A stretch of 63,925 nucleotides of DNA, counting the filler, from Aduncisulcus paluster (Eukaryota): assembly GCA_024181965.1 (NCBI GenBank). It is 4 parts of 4 records of this genome, joined end to end, with 100 filler letters (N's around TTAATTAATTAA, not from the genome) between each part and the next. Parts side by side here need not be neighbours in the genome. Positions count along the whole stretch, not along the records: positions 29,826 to 58,852 come from BQXS01010849.1; 3 more parts are not named here. One strand, 5' to 3'. The position numbers and the translations under genes are program-made. Position 1 is the first letter of the stretch; every line of letters starts with the position of its first letter. Of this stretch, positions 44,138-56,431 are shown one piece after another. The notes beneath the pieces are model-generated. The model was not told the DNA's origin, did no database searches, and saw nothing but the letters and a program-made list of their open reading frames with translations.

Positions 44138-44680
44138 ATGATGAGGAACAAGAGAGCTATTCATATTGTCTATTTTTATTGTATTTTGGTTATCTTTTGA
44201 GATCAAGATGAGATTGATTAATTTTATCTATCATGGAGTTTATATATATAAGCTTGTGCTCTGAAGAGGTTCGACTTATTTAAAATATAACATTTTAACA
44301 TGGAGTTGTTTCTATAAATAGATACTTGGTTCTATTATTATACCTTTCTATAATTAGATCTATTGGATGTTATGAGAATAGTTGACTTAGTCAACTTGGC
44401 TATATCGGGGTTGAAGCAATAAATTTCATATTTTTGCTAACCCCATTGACTAGTATCTATAGATATGAATGGTTAATATTGAGTCAATATATAATGGTTA
44501 TTATTCTCAATAAGAAATCTTGATTGGGAGACTCATCACATGATCTCTGCTAAGGATCTTAGATCTTAATTATAATAAATTAGTAATTTTATACATATAA
44601 TTCGTCCTCAAATATATAGACTCTATCTGCTGCAACAAAACTTTAATAAATTTCTTACTTCACTTTTGACTTTTATCTTC

Positions 44681-47222
44681 TTATTTCTTTAGAACTGAGG
44701 ACTTCTTTTTCCTGAACACCATGACTTGAACGGAGGCAGCAATATCATGGTATAGTTGGTGGGCAGTGCGGAGAGATCCACGGAGAAAAGGATCAACTGA
44801 GGCACGAACAGACAACCATTCTTTCTCAAATGGAGTCCCTTTAATGTATTTCCACCATTCTGGAGCTTCATATAAAAATGATTCAAGCATGTCACTATAC
44901 ACTTCGACAGACACACATGATGAAGCCATATTAATGTTTTTACCTTGACAATGAGTTTTAGATACAGATAAGGGTAGAGTAGAGCACATTGAGGAAGCAC
45001 TTGGGGCATCGATCTTATCAGTAATTTCACTCGAAGCGGCAGAATCAGATGCAATCGCAGTAGATGTCTCAGATAGAATTGAAGGTTTGAATCCCTTATT
45101 ATTGTGAACGGTCTCCTTCACAAGTCTTTTTCTCTCTTGTTCCCACCACTCACAATCGAGAGCGAGTCTCTTGAAACAATCCACATGGAGGATCGGATAA
45201 CGAACAGGGAAAGACTCTGCCATTGTCTTGTTGACCTTTCCAGTCAATCTAGGGTAACCAAAGATACAAGAGCATGGACAAGGGTTGGTGACTGCAACAT
45301 GGGTGCGTGCAAACGATCGAAGAGATGGAGGAAGAGATGTCAAGTCAAGAGAAGAAGAATATGGTGTAGATGCTGGTGATTGTCTTCTTTTACCGATGAA
45401 AGAGGCCAAAATATCACGATGATTCTGAATTAGAGCAGAGGAAGAATGCTTATCGTCTGAAAATGAGCTTCGTCTTCCATATGTAAGGTGCAAACTACCA
45501 ATCTCTTCCATGATATCCTTGATCCTCCTTCCTTCTTCACAAACANNNNNNNNNNNNNNNNNNNNCAAAGATACAAGAGCATGGACAAGGGTTGGTGACT
45601 GCAACATGGGTGCGTGCAAACGATCGAAGAGATGGAGGAAGAGATGTCAAGTCAAGAGAAGAAGAATATGGTGTAGATGCTGGTGATTGTCTTCTTTTAC
45701 CGATGAAAGAGGCCAAAATATCACGATGATTCTGAATTAGAGCAGAGGAAGAATGCTTATCGTCTGAAAATGAGCTTCGTCTTCCATATGTAAGGTGCAA
45801 ACTACCAATCTCTTCCATGATATCCTTGATCCTCCTTCCTTCTTCACAAACACAACCAGCACAGAAGGCATCAGGAATCTTTGTGAATACGAATAGTTTA
45901 TGGAAATATAGACGAATTCCAATGATATCTCTCCAGTTAGCTCCTCTTTGTAAACGTTCTTCAATATCCTCATCATCATCAGTCTTATCAGAGCCCTCAA
46001 CATCTTGTTCATCTTCAATGATCCCATCTCTTCCTTCCTTCTTCTCAACTCTTTCCTCTTCTTCTTCTTCTTTCTTACTCTTCTCTTCGTTGCCTTGCTT
46101 TCCTTTTGGCACTTGAATACCCTCCGATGGTTTGGAAAGGGCTGCTTTTGTACCATTACCAAGAGCGACACTTCCATCACCAGCAAGTGGGAGGACATCA
46201 GCATCAGGATTGTCAACGGAATCAACCTTAATCTCTGCGCCATCTTTAATATCAGTATCTTTCTCGGCAAGTTTATGCACAATCTTACCACGTTTTACAA
46301 GACCTTCCACCCTATCCTGACTAAACAGACCAAGCAGAGAGACATTCATGCAAATACCGGCACAAATACCATCCAGGGAAACGGTATGTCTGATAAAATC
46401 GAGGAAAAATGACATGGCATGGTCAGAATCATGCACAACAAATCGAAAAGATTCCTGGATTGAAAATAGGAATACAGCATCCACGAGAGCATTTTTTGGA
46501 TCATGGGACTTACCAGAAGATGTTTTAGTCGTTTCACGATACCGAACACGTCTGCTGATTCTGCTCCACACTGATTTTGGGTAAATATAACGAGACTGGA
46601 TAACCGATGTAGTAGATCTCATTTCTGTGACAGGAGTTCCAATGCCAGTATTCACAGTACATGTTGAGATGCCAGTATGTTGCCCATCAGTGTCCGTTTG
46701 AGTCGTTAATTCCCCTTGATTCTTCTTAACTGTGGAAGAAGGAAGCGAAACTTGGGCGAATTCATCCGGTTCTTCTTCTTCCTTTTCCTGTTGAAAAACC
46801 AATTCTTTGTGATCACTTGATTCTGATGCATAATTTCCAATGCCAATATTTGAAGTAGAGCGATCAACTCCAAGCTCATGGGGAGCTGCGTCTTCAAGAA
46901 GATATAACTCTTCATCCTCTTCGCTTTCATCAATAGTAATCTCAATAATATGAATTATGCTCATGGCTCGGGATACTTTCTCCTCATCATCAAAATGAGT
47001 ATTTAGTTGTCGACGGAGAGATACTTTCGCAGCAGATTTGGATAATTTTGTTGTAACAATAATTATTTCACCAGGTTCGAATTTAAGAGAAAGAATAACA
47101 TCCGAAAATAAAGGTTGATGTTCAATAAACAAAATAGTAGATCCTTTTTTTATGTATCTATAGAAAATGGACTCCTTCATCCATGAAAACTGTTTAACTA
47201 AGAAGTTATATCCAGTTGACAT
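44681..47222 (-). CDS. Divergent mRNA cap guanine-N7 methyltransferase (RNMT/Abd1)-like protein, ~744 aa, SAM motif degenerate
   Basis: One ORF once the overlap 45259-45545 = 45566-45852 is collapsed; ordered motif resemblance to RNMT (see findings). Confidence 0.55.
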
Positions 47223-47414
47223 AATATTATTATATAATTAGGATCTAAATTTTTCTGAAAAGAGCCAAATCGATAGAAATAATTTTCTGTCGCTTACACC
47301 CCTTTAAAGCAATAATACAAACACAAAAGAATTTTAAAATCGGAATTATGTTTACTTTTTAAAAATTTTAGAATGAATTTGTTTCAATATATAAAGATAG
47401 CAAAAAAAAAAAAA

Positions 47415-48684
47415 TCACGCTCCACTAGCATCGGATACACCACCAGTAGTGATATCAAATACGGCTTCACTTTCTGCGAGGGATGGAGAATCGAATATTA
47501 CGAATTTCCTGTTTGTCCCTCTCCCCTTTTTCAAGCTAACTCGAACAGTAGAAGCATGGGCAATAATATTACCTCCGATAGGCTTTTTAGGATCAACCAT
47601 AAACATTGCACCACCCCCAGGATCAGCAGTGACCTGGTTTGTAATGACAACTGCAACATTGTATAGTTCAGCGATCTTGAGAAGCTTTGACATATATTTT
47701 CCTAATTTCTGTTGCCGGTCAGCAAGTTCTCCACGACCTTGGAAATCAACACGGAAAAGAGCAGTGACTGAATCGACAATGACGAGAGCGAATCTTTCTT
47801 CTGCCATTTTGGCAGCAACAGCATAGAGAATTTCCATTTGTTGTTCATGAGTGTAGGCACGAGCACAGATAATGTTTTCCAGGACATCCATGTACTTTAA
47901 TCCGAAACGCTCAGCGATGGGTTTTAAACGCTCAGGACGAAATGTTCCTTCAGTATCAATATAAACAACTTTTCCAGCAGCTCCATGCTTTTTAAGGGGA
48001 AGTTGGGATGAAACAGCAAGAGTATGGCACAGTTGGGACTTTCCAACTCTAGCTTCACCAAATAGCTCGGTAATACTCATAGTTTCAATTCCACCACCCA
48101 AAACTGCATCAACAGCGGTACAACCAGTGGTGATGTTGATAACCTTAGCTCTGTGGTCGAGAAATTGCTTTCCAGTCATCAAGCTTGATCCACACCTCCC
48201 ATCAAGAATCTCATTAGCAGCTGCGATGATCTTTTCGACTTTTGCATCACTCAAACCTTTTACAGCNNNNNNNNNNNNNNNNNNNNGCGGTACAACCAGT
48301 GGTGATGTTGATAACCTTAGCTCTGTGGTCGAGAAATTGCTTTCCAGTCATCAAGCTTGATCCACACCTCCCATCAAGAATCTCATTAGCAGCTGCGATG
48401 ATCTTTTCGACTTTTGCATCACTCAAACCTTTTACAGCAGCCAATTCCTTTTTTGTATGCATCACAATTGCTTGAACGGTGTGAATTCCACCTTCTTTCA
48501 GCTTTTTAACTTCACCCTTACCAATTCCTTTTTCTAACAAGGCTTCAATTTCATCATAGATCTTTGAAACGGTAGGGCCAGGTGCTTCTTCAGATGCTTC
48601 GAGGACTGATCCTTCTTCTGATTCTGAATATTCATTATAATCATCATCTTGTCTTGCTTTTCTAGAAGAGGCGGAAACGGGCAT
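47415..48684 (-). CDS. DMC1: Meiotic recombinase DMC1 (365 aa after collapsing the 172-nt artefact)
   Basis: HhH N-domain ([12 protein letters not shown]), [55 protein letters not shown]; these favour Dmc1 over Rad51. Confidence 0.88.
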
Positions 48685-48985
48685 TTTCTTCAGATAATAT
48701 TCCTGTTTTAATTATTAATAGTCAAATATAAAAAAGAAGAATAACAAGTAGAATATACTTGTTTTGAATTGCGAACAAGAAAGGCAATTTGAATGAAGGA
48801 GAATGGAAGAAAAGTGGAATAACTTCATGAAGTTTATAAATCAGAATAAAATGCACAGATTACATTTATATTGACCTAGCAATGCTTCCTCATTATATCT
48901 TGTTCATCATAGTGAAGTTATCAGAAATCTCCGTTCTTACAAAATGATTTTGTCTGCATTGCGAATCTAGAAGAGATCAAATAAT

Positions 48986-51900
48986 ATGTCGCAGAGCGTG
49001 TTTGAAAGATATGAACAATTATGTCGAGATATTTATGATAAAGACAGTGCAATCAGTAACACCGCGTCTGAAAGGCTGAAAGAGTTCGAAAAGCCGGGGC
49101 CTCAGGTACTTGATTTATTATTACATGCTTTAGAGCATAGTCAAGATTCATATTGCATCCTTCATACTTCAAAAATGCTTACAAAAATACTGAAAATGAT
49201 CAATGTGACAAACGAAACGGGAAGGCAAGCTTTAGAAGTTCTTCGTACGTTCTAATTTATATTTGGTTCTGTTATCAGTTCAATTTTGATATATTTTAGT
49301 GGATTTTTTATTAATCTTGTTGATGTCTGTTTTATTTCATCTTCTGTTCCTCACTATACCATCAAAATTATATTTTTAGGTGATAAACTTTTTAAAACAT
49401 GTGCAAAACGTTTCCCTACCGTGACTGATCGTTTAGTCAGACGTGTCTTAATCAATTGCGTGGTTAATTCCATATTCCCTATTTGTCAGACCCATTTAAT
49501 TATGGCTGTGAAGTTAAATATTAAACAATTTGTTGCTATGATGATAAAAGAGATTGAAAAATCACCCGGAAGTATCAACACGCTGTTTACCATGTGTGTT
49601 CTCTCTCATATGCCCGAATTTATGGCTGAGGAACCCGGTTCCGAAGATAATGTTAGGGTTAGGCGTCGATTAATAACGTGGTTTCGTGATCACATCCTTC
49701 CTATGCTTTTCGCTGCTTCTGTCAAGTGTCTTTTCAACCTTTATTATCATATCAAGTTCCGTGGTGATGCTGAAAAGATTAAATCTGCCCATATCCTTCA
49801 GAGTCGTCAGGTATACCAATTTAGAGTTAACAACGACGGCCACATGTCGTCTCCCTCTGTTGTAGCCGAGACTGCCCATTCCACCGATCCCATTGCAACC
49901 CCACCATCCCTCTCTTTCTTTCCCTATGATGTCAGTGCTAATGTGACCCTTCTTTATCTCGAGGCCATTCTCACGCTCATCTTTGGATGCCTTAACTTCA
50001 CTTTTACTCCTTATATCGTGCGTAGTCCCAGGATGTCTATGATGTTCGAGAAAACCATCGATGTTCCTCGTAGTTGGGAGACTCACATCACTCCTCTGCT
50101 TGTCAACACCGTCAAGGACCTGTATATTGCTCTCGATGATAAGAAAAAACATGCCGGGCTCCTATTATCCATTCTAAGTTGTCTTTCGTGCATCAAACCT
50201 GCTGTATTCAAGGACAATGAGACCAAATCCATGCATTTCTGGTCTGTTGCCGAGAGCTATATAAAGATAATGAAAGAAAAGGCAGGGATAGCCAATATTT
50301 CGAACTATCATAAGCTCTGTTATGGTCTTAGTAGGTTCCGTGGAGCTGTTTCGACAGATCTTTTGTGTGCTTTTGATCCTTCTGACATATTCCTCACAAC
50401 TGTGTGTGACTTCACCCTTGAATCCTTCCAATCATACTCTTATTGTCACTCTAGCGTGCATTATTTGATCAAATTCTGGTGTGATACAAGCACGCACACG
50501 ACCAAATATGACTCTAACGTCGAAAAGGTCCAAGAAATGGTCAAGAAGGTTGTCGATACTTTCATCAAGACTCACTTACGGTACGTTTCAAGTGTGTATG
50601 AAGGCTGTGGCAGTGAAGATCCCGTTGAAGATGCTGTGAACACTCCCCAGACAACCCAATTGCTTGAGTTTATTCCATCTCTTGCTCGTTCGCTCACTTC
50701 TGTCGAGACTGCCCTCTTTGACGACCTTTTCTCTGATCGTGTGAAGACCTTGAAGCGAATTATTGCTGCCTCCGAGACTGTCCATGATGTTAGGACTGGC
50801 ATTCCATGCGTCCGGATCTCTAACAAGGAGTTTGTGAACACCCTTGGAAAGATCTTGGCTGAGCTTTCCTGGGTGGTCAGTATATGTGCCTATATCATGA
50901 AGGGACGTACGACCGACCACGCCAGTAGAGGAGTAGATAGTGTTGTCAGTGGAGAAGTCTTTTCTCTTATCCAAGCAGTCAGTGGTGGGGTTGTGGATTG
51001 TGTGAGTAGCGACACTCCTCGAATCTTTCATGCCCATCTCAACCTTGAGAAGAGTATCATTGCCTTCTTTGGGTCATTCAGACGCATGTATGTGATGGAG
51101 AGAAGTTCAAACACTGATATTTATAGCCAAACTCGTGTTCTTGTGAATATAAAGAATATCCGTGATGCTCTTGAGTTTATGTGCACCAAATGTGTTGCTA
51201 TTCTTCGCTGTTATGACAATGAGGAACTTGTACGTGAGACTGTGACCTTTTTCAATGAGATGGTGAGTGGGTACAACTCCAATCGCATCCTTCCTTCCTT
51301 ACCTATCATCAGGGACATGCTCAAAACCCATGCTTCGACTCCCTTTGCCTTCCAGTCCAATCCTCATCTCATTCATGAGGGAAAAGTTCTCTACACTGCT
51401 ATTGCCAGGCTTGCTCTTCATCCGCACAATATTATTGTGGTGGACAACTTCTTCCAGTTCTTCGCTCAGATTGCTTCAAAACTCCCCAAGGTTGTCGAGA
51501 GCATTGAGCCTCCGCCGGAATCGGTGAGTGATGGGCGTGGATGGAGTGGATTCAGTGCAGAGATCAAACAACACGTTGTTCCTTTCCTTCATAACCTCAC
51601 GGGAGTTGTGGAGGCCACGAATAAGAATACATTCCAATTTGTCCTAGATTTCATCTTTCAGATGAACATTCTCAAATATCTCAACCATTTGATGGACAGG
51701 GGAGCCTACGCTGAACCTGACGTTGGGGTGGCAATCCTTGAGCTCTGTGTGGAACTGTTAACTGCTCGGAATACTCGTCTTGACTTCAACATTGACAATC
51801 CATTGGGTTTTGTTCTCTTCAAGGCTCTTGCTTCCATCGTTTACACCTGCTCTGAGCGTCTAATTCGGAGTGGAGCCAACCTGACTGGACGCACAGATGC

Positions 51901-52831
51901 CTGGGATAAGCTCTATAACCTTGTTTTCTTGTGTCAGCAGATCTTTATAAAGGCTCACAGTTCAAAGGTGTGTAATTTTGCTGCATTTAGTCTCTTTGGA
52001 GATGATATTCTCTCCAATGTGCTTGTATCTGTTCTTCGTCTTGGAGCTTTGATACCCCCCAATGAGATTCATTCTTATGTCGAACTGAGCACTTCCTGTA
52101 TCTCTCTGTTCTCCATAGTAGCTACCCACAGCTGTGAAGTGGTCGAGAAGATTGGAGGGAAGTTCACAGAGCATATGCTTTTGTTATTGCGAGAGGGTCT
52201 GATACATCCAACAAGGACTGTCGGGAGCACTGCATCGGCTTGTCTTGAGTTATTCTTCACAGGTCTTGCTAAGGCTCACCTGAGGAAGAAGGCGGCCGAA
52301 ATGAAGAGGATGCAGAGAGACGTTCCAAATTCACTCCTTCTCTCCGTATCTGGGACAAGCAGGGAGATTGAACAGCAAGAAAGTCTCGTTCGGGCATTCG
52401 GAGCTGTTGAGGGTGACGTAATCAAGTCTATTTTTAGAACTCTGTTTGCCAATTTCCTGTTTGACACCAAGAGTACAAATAGATGGCCTGTGAGCAAAGC
52501 TTTGTACCCACTAATTATATGTCTTTCTGGGTCTGCTGTTGAGATCATCAAGCAGGTTGTGACTGAGAACACCAGCGATGACATTCGTGCAAGAGCTCTT
52601 GACGGTATTTCTGCCGTCATATTCAGGAAATTGACATTTGATAACGTTTCTACAACAAGCCTTGATGAGTTCTTCCAAAACCTTGTTTTATTCAGCAAAA
52701 CACTCACTGAGCTTCAAAACGAAGCTGAAGACCGGTTGGTAAAGGGAATGGGTGTCGCTGGAGCTGAAGTATCTGGAGAAAAAAGTATTTCACCCTCTTT
52801 TGGAGGAGGAGAAGAGGAAGATGACCTCTGA
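48986..52831 (+). CDS. XPO7: Exportin-7 / RanBP16-like, join(48986..49244,49380..52831), 1236 aa
   Basis: NYHKLCYGLSR, SSVHYLIKFW, LSWVVSI, LEKSIIAFFGSFRRMYV, RNTRLDF..NPLGFVLFK, NRWPVSKAL match XPO7 blocks in order. Confidence 0.85.
49245..49379 (+). other. Spliceosomal intron, 135 nt, phase 1
   Basis: C|GTACGT...T-rich...TTTTTAG|GT joins the 89-aa ORF to the long ORF in frame (EVLRDKLF). Confidence 0.88.
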
Positions 52832-52989
52832 AATCACACAAATATATTATATCCATAATTTTCAAGTCGTCAAATAATAAATTTATATAACTGATAATAT
52901 AATGTATTTTTTATTTTATTATGAATAATCATTTTGTCTAATTCAATGTATTTCATTCGAAGAATCCAAATCGATGGTTTTGCTTGAAA

Positions 52990-54525
52990 ATGGAGGGGAA
53001 AGAACCTTTTGTTGATTATTTAGATAAATTAAAGGAGCGTTTTGATGATATTAAACATGAAAACTATGTTTTATTGCAAAAATTACAAGAGAAAACTCAA
53101 GCCTTAAGTAAGTCGGTGAAATATCAAGAAGCTGCTACAACTGTAATTGAAAGGATATCAAAAGAAAGAGATGCATCGATAAAAATGCTTGATAAACTTA
53201 GAAAAGCTATGCTTGAATTGGATCCATCATTTTCTCAATCTGCCGAGAAATCCGATGAGAAAAGTCCAGCTACATATGAAGAATTGCCTTTTTCTATTTT
53301 GGAAACTATTAAGGAAGAACGTGCGCATCTATTTTCTTTAAGATCTACACGTGGTAAAATGGTATTTTCTGCTGCTCAACAAATAATTTCAAAAGATGAG
53401 ATGACAACTGGGTATTATTCTTCCATTTTTAGTGATAAAATTTCCGATATTATTGATGTTTTATGGGTTGATGATTCTTCCTTCATCATTTTACATCTGC
53501 TTGGTATCGAAGTGTATTCAATTGATAAATCTGATAAATCTGATTCATTTTTGATTTCTCGTGCTTCTTTTGTATCTTTTCCCTCTGAATTTGTCCCTAT
53601 TGCAGCAGTTGTTGTTGGTGGGGCTGGGAAATGTTTTTCTGTATGTGGTGACAATGGTAAAATATTAGTTTTCCGGAATTGCACATATATGAGTGATTTA
53701 GTCCAGAATTTATCTATTAATGAATGGGATTTATGGTATTCTTTCCAGCTATCTCTCCCATCCACCGAAATTCCTTCTGATTCTGTTGTTTCGAAAGAAG
53801 AGGAGGAAGAAAAAGAAGAAGAGGAAACTTCCCGCTCTAAATTGCTTCGTGTTCGTCTTATTTCTCATCCCTCATTGCCTATTTTCTTTATCTCTACTCC
53901 TTCCATTATTCTTGTTCATTGTGTTGGTCCACAACGTTCTACATACACTCACCCTTATATTTCTCACCGTGCCGATAGTCCCATGTGTTTTCACTCCGAT
54001 GGACTGTTATTTATGATAGCGGACAAAGGTGAAAATGAGACTGACCAAACTCACGGTCATCTCACAGTCACAGATCTTTTTACTGGTGTTGAGAATGTAT
54101 TCAAGACTGCCCAACCCATCCAAGGCATATCAATGAGTGGGAATGGGTACATTGTGTGTGTTCAGCATGAGTCTGGCGTGTCTTTGATCGATCTGCGTGG
54201 AATTAAGAGTACCAAGGTTGAATTCTTCCCACTCAGAGATGTTTCGATAACAGGACAATCTTCCTGGGATAGTTGGGGAAAATATTACTTCTCTCCATTG
54301 GTCCAGACTGACCACTCTGACTCATCAAAACCAATGGTGCATGTTTCTTCATCATTAAAGGATAGAACAAGCAGAGCTGGATTCAAACTTGAGAAACAAT
54401 GTGAAATAGACCTTCCTGAATCACTTGGTAGGGTGGTCAGGATTTCAACACATAAATGGGGGAGAATTTTGGTTTGTGGATGTAGTAATGGAATCTCCGT
54501 TTTTGAACTGGGCTCAAAACAGTAA
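52990..54525 (+). CDS. Prp19-like protein: tetramerisation coiled coil plus degenerate WD40, no U-box
   Basis: LDKLKERFDDIKHENYVLLQKLQEKTQALSKSVKYQEAATTVIERISKERD matches the Prp19 coiled coil; FHSDGLLF and MSGNGYIV match its propeller blades. Confidence 0.72.
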   Translation: MEGKEPFVDYLDKLKERFDDIKHENYVLLQKLQEKTQALSKSVKYQEAATTVIERISKERDASIKMLDKLRKAMLELDPSFSQSAEKSDEKSPATYEELPFSILETIKEERAHLFSLRSTRGKMVFSAAQQIISKDEMTTGYYSSIFSDKISDIIDVLWVDDSSFIILHLLGIEVYSIDKSDKSDSFLISRASFVSFPSEFVPIAAVVVGGAGKCFSVCGDNGKILVFRNCTYMSDLVQNLSINEWDLWYSFQLSLPSTEIPSDSVVSKEEEEEKEEEETSRSKLLRVRLISHPSLPIFFISTPSIILVHCVGPQRSTYTHPYISHRADSPMCFHSDGLLFMIADKGENETDQTHGHLTVTDLFTGVENVFKTAQPIQGISMSGNGYIVCVQHESGVSLIDLRGIKSTKVEFFPLRDVSITGQSSWDSWGKYYFSPLVQTDHSDSSKPMVHVSSSLKDRTSRAGFKLEKQCEIDLPESLGRVVRISTHKWGRILVCGCSNGISVFELGSKQ

Positions 54526-54711
54526 TCAGTAATCAATAAAATTATTTTCTGCTCTGGAAAGCCTAATCCGTGACCGTCACGGAAAATTATTAAATCACTA
54601 GTCGTTATGAAAGATTGTTTGCATAAAATAAAAAGATATGATGGAAGAAATATTTTCCTTGATTTTCTAATAAATCGATGATTGATCTTGAAATCAGAAT
54701 GACAGAAATTC

Positions 54712-55176
54712 ATGTCTTGCCCAAGATCTATGTCAAAAAAAGCTCATTGTACTCTTATTGAAACCAATAGAACTCCTCTATTTGTGGCAATTCACTTAAT
54801 GCCCATTTCTCTGATTCTTTATGGTATTGTAACATTCATGATCGTTAAAGCCGAATCCGTTCAGATTCCATTACTATCTATTCTCGGAATATCTATCGTT
54901 GTTGATATCACTGCCACTTTATGCATGAGACATTTTGCTAAACAACGCAAAGCTTCAGAACCCAATGCCAAGAAATCTGTCTCCAAAGTCATTCACAGCA
55001 CAATTGGATTGATTGCTTTGTTATCGTTTATTTTTATTGAAGGATGGTTATTATATTCTTTTATCACTGATGAAGAGTATGTAATTTGTGAAAAGGTCAA
55101 ACTTCTTTGTTATACTGCTATGGCTTTCTGGACACTCTCTTTCATCTTGGGATCAATTTCAGGTCACAAAAAATAG
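54712..55176 (+). CDS. Small four-TM membrane protein
   Basis: 154-aa ORF with four hydrophobic segments, ending GHKK. Confidence 0.7.
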   Translation: MSCPRSMSKKAHCTLIETNRTPLFVAIHLMPISLILYGIVTFMIVKAESVQIPLLSILGISIVVDITATLCMRHFAKQRKASEPNAKKSVSKVIHSTIGLIALLSFIFIEGWLLYSFITDEEYVICEKVKLLCYTAMAFWTLSFILGSISGHKK

Positions 55177-55427
55177 ATATAATGGAAGAAATAAGCATTC
55201 TTTTTCGTTTTTTGCTGACTACGATTATTCGCTCGCCGGTTGCTTATGTTAGAGATTTAATTGAAAAAAAATAAATTAATCTTGAGTTTAAATTTATTCC
55301 TTACTTTCCATTTTTTAGAATTGGACGGAATAATTGCGATTGCTTCTGGTTGATCAGAAAGAGTATGTTTGATCAATATTTATATTATTATTTCACCTAT
55401 TCTTTATATTTTATTTAATTGTATTTT

Positions 55428-55961
55428 ATGTCAACAAGAACCAAACGAATATTGCGTGAGCTTAAGAAGTTAATGGATGAACCTGAAGATGGGTTTCGAG
55501 TGTTTCCAATTGACAAAGATTTTACTCAAATTCACTTTACGATGCTTGGTGTACATGATAGTCCATATGAGCACGGTCTCTACCATGGAAGAATCTTGTT
55601 ACCTGCAGAATACCCTCTTAAGGCCCCCGATATTGAATTAATGACCCCAAATGGACGTTGGCAGACAGACGTGAAGATCTGTCTTACGGTTACATCGTTC
55701 CATCAAGAAAGCTGGGTGAGTAGCTGGGGAATTCGCACTGTGTTGATCGGCCTGAGATCAATGATGGATGGATCTGATAAGGGGGGAATTGGGTCGATCT
55801 ATGACTCTAAGAAAAATAGGAAGAAATTGGCAAAGGAATCATGGTCATATGAATGTCCCAAGTGTGGTGTTAAACATGCCGACCTTATTGATACAATGGT
55901 GCTTGGGGAGGATGGGACAGATGACTCTAAGTCATATTCATATTCATATTCGGATGATTAA
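55428..55961 (+). CDS. Ubiquitin-conjugating enzyme E2, Ubc6/UBE2J family, 177 aa
   Basis: YHGRILLPAEYPLKAP, family-diagnostic TPNGRW, catalytic KICL, SFHQESW. Confidence 0.9.
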   Translation: MSTRTKRILRELKKLMDEPEDGFRVFPIDKDFTQIHFTMLGVHDSPYEHGLYHGRILLPAEYPLKAPDIELMTPNGRWQTDVKICLTVTSFHQESWVSSWGIRTVLIGLRSMMDGSDKGGIGSIYDSKKNRKKLAKESWSYECPKCGVKHADLIDTMVLGEDGTDDSKSYSYSYSDD

Positions 55962-56431
55962 TTAGAATAATGGTCGTGATTTTCAATTGAAATTCAATTT
56001 AATATCGTTCTAAAAATTCAGATATATATCTAATTTCAAATTAGTAATTTGATGTTTTGTAGAAATTTACTGATATTTCATTAATAGAACACAACTAAAA
56101 GAATAAATCAGAATAAAAATGAAGAGAGGCAAATTGGAGGCTTCAAGCCTTGGAAATTCGATAGAAGATGAATAAAAATAACCAAAGAACTATGCTTTTA
56201 ACATCATTATTGGCATTAACAAAGCTTTGGTTTAATTCACTTCGAATCAGAAGTGACAACAGAAGAATGCTTATGGAAAAGTTTCTTAACTCTTTCGGCT
56301 TGTAAGATTTGTCTTCTTTTAGCGGCTTTTTCTTGTTTTTCCTCCAAAATACTAGCTTTAGATANNNNNNNNNNNNNNNNNNNNCTATGCTTTTAACATC
56401 ATTATTGGCATTAACAAAGCTTTGGTTTAAT

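Noticed and set aside
41593..48438. SMC5, RNMT-like and DMC1 as pseudogenes or programmed frameshifts
   Set aside because: Every break coincides with an exact local duplication; collapsing restores the frame.
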